A DNA stretch of 43,136 nucleotides from a virus. Within the stretch, counting starts at the first letter, position 1, and each line of letters starts with the position of its first letter. The stretch is taken from IMG/VR virus record IMGVR_UViG_3300045988_021913, positions 1 to 43,136 of that record; one strand, 5' to 3'. The position numbers and the translations under genes are program-made. A model generated the notes under the pieces. It was not told the origin of the DNA. It did not search any database and saw only the letters and a list, made by a program, of their open reading frames with translations. Shown here piece by piece: positions 14,432-20,486 of the stretch.

Positions 14432-14673
14432 TTCGTGCCTCCGATCAGCATGAGCTTTTCCGCGTCGGTGAATTGCAAAACTCGGTCAAGCTCCCAAATT
14501 TCCTCTAACGTCCAGCGGGAACGCCCCGCCATGCGGTTACAGATTTGCGTTTCTGACAAGCCGATTTCCTCGCCCAGCTCCTTGCCGGTGCGAATCAATG
14601 CTCGTCCCATCGCGCCGCGCACTGCTCGCTCAAGGTCATTTCGCCGTCGCGTTAACTGTTGTGGCTTTAGCAT
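14428..14673 (-). CDS. Small HTH DNA-binding protein
   Basis: Track ORF trimmed to ATG 14673 (AAGGAAAAGG RBS). Sequence ..ELGEEIGLSETQICNRMAGRSRWTLEEIWEL... Confidence 0.6.
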   Translation of the reverse strand: MLKPQQLTRRRNDLERAVRGAMGRALIRTGKELGEEIGLSETQICNRMAGRSRWTLEEIWELDRVLQFTDAEKLMLIGGTK

Positions 14674-14744
14674 CTTGCCTTTTCCTTTCTCTCGTGCTAC
14701 AATAAGCACGGACACAATATCTTGTGGTGAGATTTGTCCCACCC

Positions 14745-14776
14745 GCCCCGCTCGATGCTGCAGCATTGGGCGGGGC
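14745..14776. other. Compound inverted repeat (gccccgc..atgctgcagcat..gcggggc) at the promoter-distal edge of the repeat array
   Basis: Read directly. The 7-bp outer arms enclose a 12-nt perfect palindrome. Confidence 0.6.
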
Positions 14777-14779
14777 ATT

Positions 14780-15347
14780 TTAAAGGCCTTGCGCTTCGAA
14801 TCGGTGCCATTCCATAGCAGATCGGTTCTGTTCGCCGCGTCTCTATTCCGCCGCGCATCTCCGCAGTTCTGTTCCTCCGCGTTGCGTTGACTTGCTTAGC
14901 AGTTCACGTCCATTCAACTCCCATGCATCTCATCGCTCCTCAACCCCACTGCGCATCTCCGCTAATCGTCTCATTGCCCTCGCTCTCGCTACTCTGTGCA
15001 AAGCGGTTCAGTGCCGTTGCATCTCAAGGCCATACCGTAGCATCTCTAAGCGATTCCGCAGCGCATCACTGCTAAGCAGTTCCTTCGCTCTGCTCGGCGA
15101 ATCATTGCCCTTCCTGGCTTTTCCCTTGCTCTGCCCATCTGTTCGCCGCCGTTCCGTTGCTCGGCAACGATGTTCACGGCGAAGCCATTCCGGTGCATCT
15201 CTTCGCTGAACTATTCCTCTGCATCTCTCTGCGTTTCTATTCCATTGCGTTGCCTTCCAATGCTGTGCTGCGCTTCGCATTGCGAAGCGATTCCTTTGCT
15301 ACGCCATCGCAACGCTGGGCAAGGCTTGTCGATGCTACTCCATCGCG
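14780..15347 (-). repeat. ORF-free, strand-asymmetric array of about 13 degenerate direct repeats (minus-strand consensus GAGATGC-N3-7-GGAATRG). Candidate ncRNA or protein-binding array.
   Basis: GCATC[TA] occurs on the + strand at 14855, 14925, 14953, 15019, 15040, 15063, 15195 and 15221, with a degenerate copy at 15135. ATTCC-type partner elements accompany them. Longer sub-repeats and three palindromes are present. There are stops in all six frames. The + strand is about 70% pyrimidine (18 purines per 60 nt, counted in two lines). Confidence 0.75.
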
Positions 15348-15941
15348 TTACTCGATTTCCTCCCAGCGGAATCTGCCTTTTCCACTGTTGCGCCACTGGC
15401 CGATGCCGGAGAATCTGCCGTAGTCCAACCAGTCGCGCACAACGTCGATATGCTCATCACACAGACACACAACCGTAAACTCGCACGTTGCCCCGGCGGG
15501 GATTTCCTCGCTCATGGCAAGGCTGACACGCTCGCCCTGCGCCGTCTGCGCTCTCAGCGGGCGCTGGCACTCCTTGATCTCGCCGTCAAAGAGAATTGGA
15601 ATGGTGCGCGGCTCGGGGAAAATCAGTTTGTCGATTTCCTTCTTGTAAGCCTTGATTTTGCTGCTGGACGAATCCTTGACCTTGCGCAGACCGCCGCAGG
15701 TGTCCTTGAAAAAGCCCTTGATCTGGTAGTCGTACAAAAACGGCGTGCCATCGTCCAGACGAGGAAAAATGGTCATGGACTTTTCGGCTACCGCGTCAGC
15801 GCCGAGCGCTGCCACCTCGTCCTCCACGCTCGCCGCATCCGGTGCGTGGCTGCCGATAAACTCGCGGTAGATATCGGGGTTCGCGGGGCTGGTGCCGAGA
15901 ACCGGCTCAATAAACGTGAGCTTAACTTTGAGTTCCTTCAT
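15348..15941 (-). CDS. Cas7/Csm3-like RAMP-fold protein candidate (197 aa, otherwise uncharacterised)
   Basis: AGGAGG RBS. The motifs KVKLTFIEPVLGTSP, TPFLYDYQIKGFFKD, RPLRAQTAQGERVSLAMSEEIPAGATCEFTVV and DYGRFSGIGQWRNSGKGRFRW appear in the order and spacing of RAMP hallmarks. Confidence 0.45.
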   Translation of the reverse strand: MKELKVKLTFIEPVLGTSPANPDIYREFIGSHAPDAASVEDEVAALGADAVAEKSMTIFPRLDDGTPFLYDYQIKGFFKDTCGGLRKVKDSSSSKIKAYKKEIDKLIFPEPRTIPILFDGEIKECQRPLRAQTAQGERVSLAMSEEIPAGATCEFTVVCLCDEHIDVVRDWLDYGRFSGIGQWRNSGKGRFRWEEIE

Positions 15942-15964
15942 CTTTCATTTCCTCCTGTTGTGTG

Positions 15965-16168
15965 TTAGTTCTCTTCGCTGGATTTCAGCAGCACATCTAC
16001 GGTAACGCCGAAGTAGTCGGCGATGGCTTTCACGGTATCAATGCGCGGAGCATTGATACTGCCATTCCACTTCCCAATCGCGCCATTTGCGATGCCGCAC
16101 GCTCTCTCAAGCGCCCAAATGCTGATATTTCGCTCATCGCAAAGGCGCTTGACGTTCTCATAAATCAC
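15965..16168 (-). CDS. Cro-like XRE HTH repressor
   Basis: GTG 16168 lies 7 nt after AAAGGAGG. (M)IYENVKRLCDERNISIWALERACGIANGAIGKW... Divergent from the CI-like gene. Confidence 0.75.
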   Translation of the reverse strand: MIYENVKRLCDERNISIWALERACGIANGAIGKWNGSINAPRIDTVKAIADYFGVTVDVLLKSSEEN

Positions 16169-16190
16169 TCTCGATCCTCCTTTCACACTC

Positions 16191-16217
16191 ATTCGCATTG
16201 TCAAGGGCAATGCGAAT
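16191..16217. promoter_or_regulatory. Operator candidate: perfect 10-bp inverted repeat ATTCGCATTG-N7-CAATGCGAAT
   Basis: Read directly. It sits just upstream of the cro-like RBS. Confidence 0.6.
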
Positions 16218-16264
16218 TTCTATAGCGTAGCATAGAAAATTTTGAGGGAATTGCCCCCACGCTC

Positions 16265-16294
16265 TTGACAAGAAGATAGAAAACGCGCTATTAT
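16265..16294 (+). promoter_or_regulatory. Sigma-70-type promoter (TTGACA, 18 nt, TATTAT) facing the CI-like gene
   Basis: Read directly. Confidence 0.5.
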
Positions 16295-16323
16295 AGTTTT
16301 GCAGACATAATTCAACATTTTCT

Positions 16324-16355
16324 AAGGCCCGCATTCGGTGGGGGCTTGGTTTTTT
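16324..16355 (+). terminator. Weak hairpin plus T-tract about 25 nt downstream of the + promoter. Possible short leader/sRNA end or attenuator.
   Basis: aaggccc-N10-ggggctt followed by ggtttttt. One mismatch in the stem. Confidence 0.3.
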
Positions 16356-16372
16356 GTCACCCTCTGAAAGCT

Positions 16373-16401
16373 ATTATAGTAGAAAACCCGCTACTTGTCA
16401 A
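16373..16401 (-). promoter_or_regulatory. Consensus promoter on the minus strand (TTGACA, 17 nt, TATAAT) driving the cro-like/early operon
   Basis: Reverse complement of 16396-16401 is TTGACA. Reverse complement of 16373-16378 is TATAAT. Confidence 0.65.
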
Positions 16402-16435
16402 TAGCTAATTCGCTACAAAAGAAATATTTTTGCCT

Positions 16436-16792
16436 ATGAATACACGTAATAAAATCATTGTCCAAAACATAAGAAGCTTTGCGCAAATACGCGGGACCTC
16501 GATCAAGCAAATAGAGAAAGACCTTGACCTTGGGAATGGAATGATTGGTAAGTGGGAAGATTCCAAAAAAAGTCCGCCGTTTGAAACCATTGAAGTAATT
16601 GCAAATTACTTGGGGGCGTCTATTCTTGAGCTGGCGGGAATAACGCCGAGCGAGAACGAAAAAGCCCCCGCCACAGAGGGCGAGGGCTTAAGCGCAGCAA
16701 AGAAAGCGCTATTGGTAGCTATTGATGATTTGTCCGACGCTCAGTGTGAAAAGCTCCTTCCGATTGTATTGAGCGCAAAACAAGTACTATGA
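16436..16792 (+). CDS. CI-like XRE HTH repressor (no peptidase domain)
   Basis: ATG 16436. Sequence ..IRSFAQIRGTSIKQIEKDLDLGNGMIGKWE... No obvious SD, so it may be leaderless-like. Confidence 0.75.
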   Translation: MNTRNKIIVQNIRSFAQIRGTSIKQIEKDLDLGNGMIGKWEDSKKSPPFETIEVIANYLGASILELAGITPSENEKAPATEGEGLSAAKKALLVAIDDLSDAQCEKLLPIVLSAKQVL

Positions 16793-17187
16793 GTAATGTT
16801 TTTATTCCGACCAATCCGCATGATAAGATATTGACCGATGCAGAGCGGCAAAAGTGGGAAAGCGATCTTGATAACAAGAAAGATGACTTCCCGTATATCG
16901 CTTTGACAAAAGCGCAGCTAAAACTTTTAAAGCAAGCGCGAACCGATGCCGTATTGATAACCGCGCATAATGAAAATGATGCTAATGTACTCTGCGGTCA
17001 TAGATTTGCATATTACCTTGTAAATGGCGAAAAGCGAGGGCTTATTGCTCGCCAAAGAGGGGCTAATTATCTTGCATATGCGCAGAAAGAAAACTCCCAA
17101 GCGTGGTCTATAACGGCGAGGGATTGCCTCGTTGCTGCAATAGGTGCTGTTTTCGGGTTTCTGCTGAATTGCTTGTTCTCTGGTTAA
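16789..17187 (+). CDS. Hypothetical protein with a C-terminal TM helix, co-transcribed with the repressor
   Basis: ATGA overlap with the CI-like stop. Sequence ..CLVAAIGAVFGFLLNCLFSG. Lies in an AT-richer region. Confidence 0.6.
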   Translation: MSNVFIPTNPHDKILTDAERQKWESDLDNKKDDFPYIALTKAQLKLLKQARTDAVLITAHNENDANVLCGHRFAYYLVNGEKRGLIARQRGANYLAYAQKENSQAWSITARDCLVAAIGAVFGFLLNCLFSG

Positions 17188-17504
17188 TTATATTGCCACT
17201 GAATGTTCAGCGCTTCTCGGATAGCTTCAGCTTTTTCGGGGGTAATGTCTGTCGGCTCGTAGTCTTTGCAGGGATTGTCTTTCCCGCAGCCAAGAACGTA
17301 CCAACCACCCCAAGTAGTATAGCGGACCACAACATGCTTGCACCCAGAGCACGCGATGCTTTTGCACTTCGGAAGCGCCGCTTTGTCAATGATGGCAGAT
17401 CGGCGGTTGTATTCTCGCTCCGCTTCCTGCGCCTCTGCAAGCTGCAATTTAAGTTTGCGGTTTTCTTCCCGCAGATTATTTAATTCTCTTCCTGCAATAA
17501 ACAT
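17184..17504 (-). CDS. Hypothetical Cys-rich protein (106 aa)
   Basis: GGAGG lies 6 nt before ATG 17504. Its stop is shared with the convergent gene through TTAA. Confidence 0.55.
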   Translation of the reverse strand: MFIAGRELNNLREENRKLKLQLAEAQEAEREYNRRSAIIDKAALPKCKSIACSGCKHVVVRYTTWGGWYVLGCGKDNPCKDYEPTDITPEKAEAIREALNIQWQYN

Positions 17505-17611
17505 TCTAGCCTCCATAAAACATATTCCGCCTGGCTGTCAGTAAGTGATAGCACCTCAGATTTTAGGCACTCTCTAATAAGAATAGCATGGTTTTCTTCT
17601 TCGCACAACAT
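17480..17611 (-). CDS. Hypothetical small protein (43 aa)
   Basis: Below the track cut-off. GGAGGG lies 7 nt before ATG 17611. MLCEEENHAILIRECLKSEVLSLTDSQAEYVLWRLE... Confidence 0.35.
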   Translation of the reverse strand: MLCEEENHAILIRECLKSEVLSLTDSQAEYVLWRLECLLQEEN

Positions 17612-17659
17612 TTTGTGTCCCTCCAAATAATTGATAGTAACGGGGCTATGTGTCGATTA

Positions 17660-17675
17660 TTGCACAAGCGTGCAA
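17660..17675. promoter_or_regulatory. Palindrome TTGCAC-aagc-GTGCAA upstream of the small basic-peptide gene
   Basis: Read directly. It shares its half-site with the palindrome at 18024-18040. Confidence 0.45.
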
Positions 17676-17708
17676 CAGAAAATACAAAACCAAAAGGTGG
17701 TGTGCCAA

Positions 17709-17861
17709 ATGGCGAAGAGCAAAATTCCCGGCCTGTCATTTAGTTGGAAGCGTGCGCTCGGAATCACGAAGATGAAAAGGAAAATTTCAAAAGCAACTGG
17801 GATCCCAACGACCAAAGCAGGGCGGCAAAGAAAACTTGGCAAGCTCCTTGGTATGAAGTAA
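17709..17861 (+). CDS. Small highly basic peptide (50 aa)
   Basis: AAAGGTGGTG RBS. MAKSKIPGLSFSWKRALGITKMKRKISKATGIPTTKAGRQRKLGKLLGMK. A strong terminator follows. Confidence 0.5.
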   Translation: MAKSKIPGLSFSWKRALGITKMKRKISKATGIPTTKAGRQRKLGKLLGMK

Positions 17862-17866
17862 GTGAT

Positions 17867-17906
17867 AAGCCCTCGCCGCCTCTGCAACAACGGCGAGGGC
17901 TTTTTG
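17867..17906 (+). terminator. Rho-independent terminator
   Basis: Perfect 12-bp stem aagccctcgccg/cggcgagggctt followed by ttttt. Confidence 0.8.
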
Positions 17907-18023
17907 CAGCCAGCGGGGAGCGGTCGCCGCTGCTTGTTTTCACCGTACAACACCCAGCACTGCACTTTCAAGACTTGGATTCGACACTTCGACAGCGTCC
18001 GACATATTTCATTGCTACAAAAA

Positions 18024-18040
18024 AGTGCAACATTTGCACT
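18024..18040. promoter_or_regulatory. Palindrome AGTGCAA-cat-TTGCACT upstream of the HTH-TM gene
   Basis: Read directly. Confidence 0.45.
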
Positions 18041-18058
18041 GAAAGGATATGATGTTAA

Positions 18059-18475
18059 GTGAACATTCAGAAACGATGTCAGGAGCAAAAAGACTTGTTA
18101 AGACTAACGCATCAAGATATTGCCGACAAAGCAGGCTTACCGTTGCAAACAGTAAAAAATTTTTTCTCCCGCGCATCTAAGTCCCCATCAGTTTATACGG
18201 TCGCTGCGATTTGCAAAGTGCTTGGCATATCTCTTGATGAAATATTCGGAATTTCCGAACACTTGACGCCGACCGAAGAAACCTTGCAGGCGCGAAACGA
18301 TGAGCTAGAACGCCACGTTGACGCAAAGACTGATACCATCGAGATCATGCGGCGTGGAGTGCGTATCCGCAACATTGTGATTGCTATAATGTTTGTCATC
18401 ATTGCTATGCTTGCTGTGTGGTGCGTGTACATTGATTTTCACTGCATAGATTACGGATTTTGGAGGGGGATTTGA
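18059..18475 (+). CDS. Membrane-anchored XRE HTH protein
   Basis: GTG start. Contains ..LRLTHQDIADKAGLPLQTVKNFFS.., then a coiled segment and the TM helix IVIAIMFVIIAMLAVWCVYI. Its stop overlaps the integrase ATG. Confidence 0.65.
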   Translation: MNIQKRCQEQKDLLRLTHQDIADKAGLPLQTVKNFFSRASKSPSVYTVAAICKVLGISLDEIFGISEHLTPTEETLQARNDELERHVDAKTDTIEIMRRGVRIRNIVIAIMFVIIAMLAVWCVYIDFHCIDYGFWRGI

Positions 18476-19488
18476 TGAAAATACCAAAAGCAAAACTGCT
18501 GCCATCTGGGAACTGGAATGTCAGCGTCATGGTAGACGGAAAGCGGGTGTCCGTCACAGCGCTTACCAAGCGGCAAGCAGAGAACGAAGCCGCCGCATTG
18601 AAGTCCGGCGCGAAGTCTGCTGCTCGTGCGTCCGAGCGCACGGTTGGTGATGCTATCGACCGATATATCGACAGCAAGGACGCAATACTCTCCCCCTCCA
18701 CCGTCAACGGGTACAGAAAACTCCGCAAGGTGGTTTTCCCGGAGCTGATGAGCGTTAAATGCGCCGCGTTGACGCAAGACCGCGTGCAGCGTGCCGTGAA
18801 TAAGATGGCGCGGGAAAAGTCCCCTAAGTATGTCCGCAACGCTTACGGCCTGTTTACTGCGGCAATGGCGGAGGAATGCCCGGATAAAGTGTTCCGTGTA
18901 TCCTTGCCACAGAAAGAAGCCCCTAAAATCAAAATACCTACCATGGAAGAAATCAGAACCTTACACGAAGACTGCAAAGGCACAGCGTTTGAATTGCCTT
19001 TCCTTCTGGCCGTCTGGCTCGGCCTCCGTACATCGGAGATCAGAGGTCTGACATGGGATTGCCTTGACGGCGATATTCTGACGATCAAGCAAGCAATGGT
19101 AGACGGTGAGGACGGCCCGCAGCTCAAGCAGCCTAAAACCTATAGCGGAAACAGAAGACTAAAAGTGCCGCCGTATATTATGGGGCTGCTTAACGCAACA
19201 CCGCGCGCAGATGAGTATATTGTCCATGCGACCAGGAACGTCCTGTATAAGCATCTGCAACGCGCGTGCGCTCGATGTGGTATCCCTCCGTTCCGATTTC
19301 ACGACCTCCGTCATGTAAATGCGTCGGTCATGCTCAGGCTCAACGTTCCCGACAAATACGCAATGGAGCGCATGGGGCACTCTACAAACAACATGCTAAA
19401 AAACGTATATCAGCACACAATGAATGATAAAGCCGTAGCAGTGGCAGATGCCGTTGACGGCTTTTTTGAATCCGAATTTCATCTGTAA
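18475..19488 (+). CDS. int: Tyrosine recombinase / phage integrase
   Basis: ATG 18475 after GGAGGGGG. Contains ..LRTSEIRGLTW.., HDLRHVNASVML, ..MGHSTNNMLKNVYQH... Confidence 0.9.
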   Translation: MKIPKAKLLPSGNWNVSVMVDGKRVSVTALTKRQAENEAAALKSGAKSAARASERTVGDAIDRYIDSKDAILSPSTVNGYRKLRKVVFPELMSVKCAALTQDRVQRAVNKMAREKSPKYVRNAYGLFTAAMAEECPDKVFRVSLPQKEAPKIKIPTMEEIRTLHEDCKGTAFELPFLLAVWLGLRTSEIRGLTWDCLDGDILTIKQAMVDGEDGPQLKQPKTYSGNRRLKVPPYIMGLLNATPRADEYIVHATRNVLYKHLQRACARCGIPPFRFHDLRHVNASVMLRLNVPDKYAMERMGHSTNNMLKNVYQHTMNDKAVAVADAVDGFFESEFHL

Positions 19489-19514
19489 TTCCATCTGCAA
19501 TTCATCTGCAAAAG
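19479..19514 (+). repeat. Three tandem approximately 12-nt repeats (T/C)CATCTG(T/C)AAT(T). Candidate integrase arm-type sites (P arm).
   Basis: Read directly. The first copy overlaps the int stop codon. Confidence 0.7.
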
Positions 19515-19595
19515 TGTTGTTTTAACGGAAGATAACTTACAAATATCGCAAGTAATGCACAAACAGGCAAGCCAGAAAACCCTTGAAAATACAAG

Positions 19596-19634
19596 AAAAA
19601 CCCCGCAGTCGTTGAAACTGCGAGGTTTTTTCTT
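19596..19634. terminator. Bidirectional rho-independent terminator
   Basis: aaaaa-ccccgcagt-N7-actgcgagg-tttttt. Confidence 0.7.
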
Positions 19635-19662
19635 TGGTGGAGGCGGCGGGAGTCGAACCCAC
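19635..19662 (-). other. attP core candidate: the 3' end (T-arm, acceptor strand and CCA) of a tRNA gene
   Basis: The reverse complement is GTGGG-TTCGACT-CCCGC-CGCCTCC-A-CCA. Upstream sequence does not fold into anticodon or D arms, so this is a fragment and not a gene. Confidence 0.6.
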
Positions 19663-19706
19663 AACCGAAATCGCAAAAGCATTGATATTGCAAGGTTTTT
19701 TGTAAC

Positions 19707-19730
19707 TCATCTGCAATTTCATCTGCAATT
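19707..19730 (+). repeat. Two tandem perfect 12-nt repeats TCATCTGCAATT. Candidate arm-type sites (P' arm).
   Basis: Read directly. Same orientation as the 19479-19514 set. Confidence 0.7.
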
Positions 19731-20050
19731 TACTTTTCCAGTTTCCGCATGACGCTATTATAGACGCGCTCGTTTACAATTTTCAAGTTGTCCATCAGCT
19801 CGTCCATGATCTCCCACGCCTTGTCCGGTGGAACATCTGCCACTGCGCGCAGAAAATCGCTGTCGCCGTATGTCTCGACGCTAACCGGCGCGGGTGCTGC
19901 GGAGTATTCCATTGGCAAAGCCCTCTCTCTGTTGCCGCTTTGCTGGTCGCGGATGGCATACAGCACGGCAAGGCGCTCATAGTTTTTCCAGCTCGATTCT
20001 TCTGTTTCAAGGCGGGCTATCCAGCGATTGACCTCATTCTCGTCGACCAT
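19730..20050 (-). CDS. Hypothetical protein (106 aa). Accessory island.
   Basis: Track ORF with a G-rich RBS. Sequence ..LAVLYAIRDQQ..GDSDFLRAVADVP..WEIMDELMDNLKIVNERVY... Confidence 0.6.
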   Translation of the reverse strand: MVDENEVNRWIARLETEESSWKNYERLAVLYAIRDQQSGNRERALPMEYSAAPAPVSVETYGDSDFLRAVADVPPDKAWEIMDELMDNLKIVNERVYNSVMRKLEK

Positions 20051-20065
20051 AGGGGTGCCCCCCCT

Positions 20066-20473
20066 TTAGCCCTCGATCGTGTCCATGCAGCGCTGGATGG
20101 CTCTGCGGATGCTTTCGTCGTCGGCGTTGTCCAGCATTTCCTGCAACTGGCGTTTCATGTTGTCGATGCCGCCGTCACGGGAATAGTGGCCGCGCACATA
20201 ATGCGTGCCACGTCTCGCGTTGGACATATCACGGTCATAAGCGCCGTGCATACCCGGCTGCCAGTCTCCGTCGCGAGAATAGCGGCGAGAATAGTCTTCA
20301 TCGCGGGAATAGCCGTCGTCCTCCAACATCTCAATCTTATCGATGTTCTTGATGGTGTCCGTCAGCTTGTGCGCAATTTCGAGATCGCCCGCGCCAAGCT
20401 CGCCCTTACGTGCTAGCTCGTCAAGTTCGTCGCACAGCATATTGCGCAGCTCGTACATTGCTTTCTTACTCAT
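20066..20473 (-). CDS. Hypothetical D/R/Y-rich protein (135 aa)
   Basis: ATG 20473, 7 nt after AAAGGAG. Sequence ..LTDTIKNIDKIEMLEDDGYSRDEDYSRRYSRDGD... Confidence 0.6.
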   Translation of the reverse strand: MSKKAMYELRNMLCDELDELARKGELGAGDLEIAHKLTDTIKNIDKIEMLEDDGYSRDEDYSRRYSRDGDWQPGMHGAYDRDMSNARRGTHYVRGHYSRDGGIDNMKRQLQEMLDNADDESIRRAIQRCMDTIEG

Positions 20474-20486
20474 GTCCATTCTCCTT

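Noticed and set aside
15008-15280. 90-aa Arg-rich minus-strand ORF (and a 61-aa ORF at 15211-15396) inside the repeat array.
   Set aside because: There is no RBS. The composition (R/E/Q/G strings) simply mirrors the purine-rich repeats. The other frames are full of stops, and the ORF overlaps the repeat units out of phase.
14780-15347. Considered whether the repeat array is a CRISPR array or an array of solitary CRISPR repeats.
   Set aside because: The conserved cores are only about 7 nt plus about 6 nt. The spacing is irregular (21-72 nt). There is no 25-40 nt repeat unit alternating with unique spacers, and no leader.
14780-15347. Considered whether the roughly 20 GGA motifs on the transcribed strand make it a CsrA/RsmA-sponge-like RNA.
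   Set aside because: With the purine-rich composition of that strand (roughly one-third G and 30% A), about 19 GGA triplets are expected by chance in 570 nt. The count alone is not evidence. It is kept only as a low-priority idea.
17657-18088. 143-aa minus-strand ORF spanning the basic-peptide gene and its terminator.
   Set aside because: Its translation is hydrophobic and Cys-rich junk. It runs through a strong terminator hairpin and is antisense to a better-supported gene.
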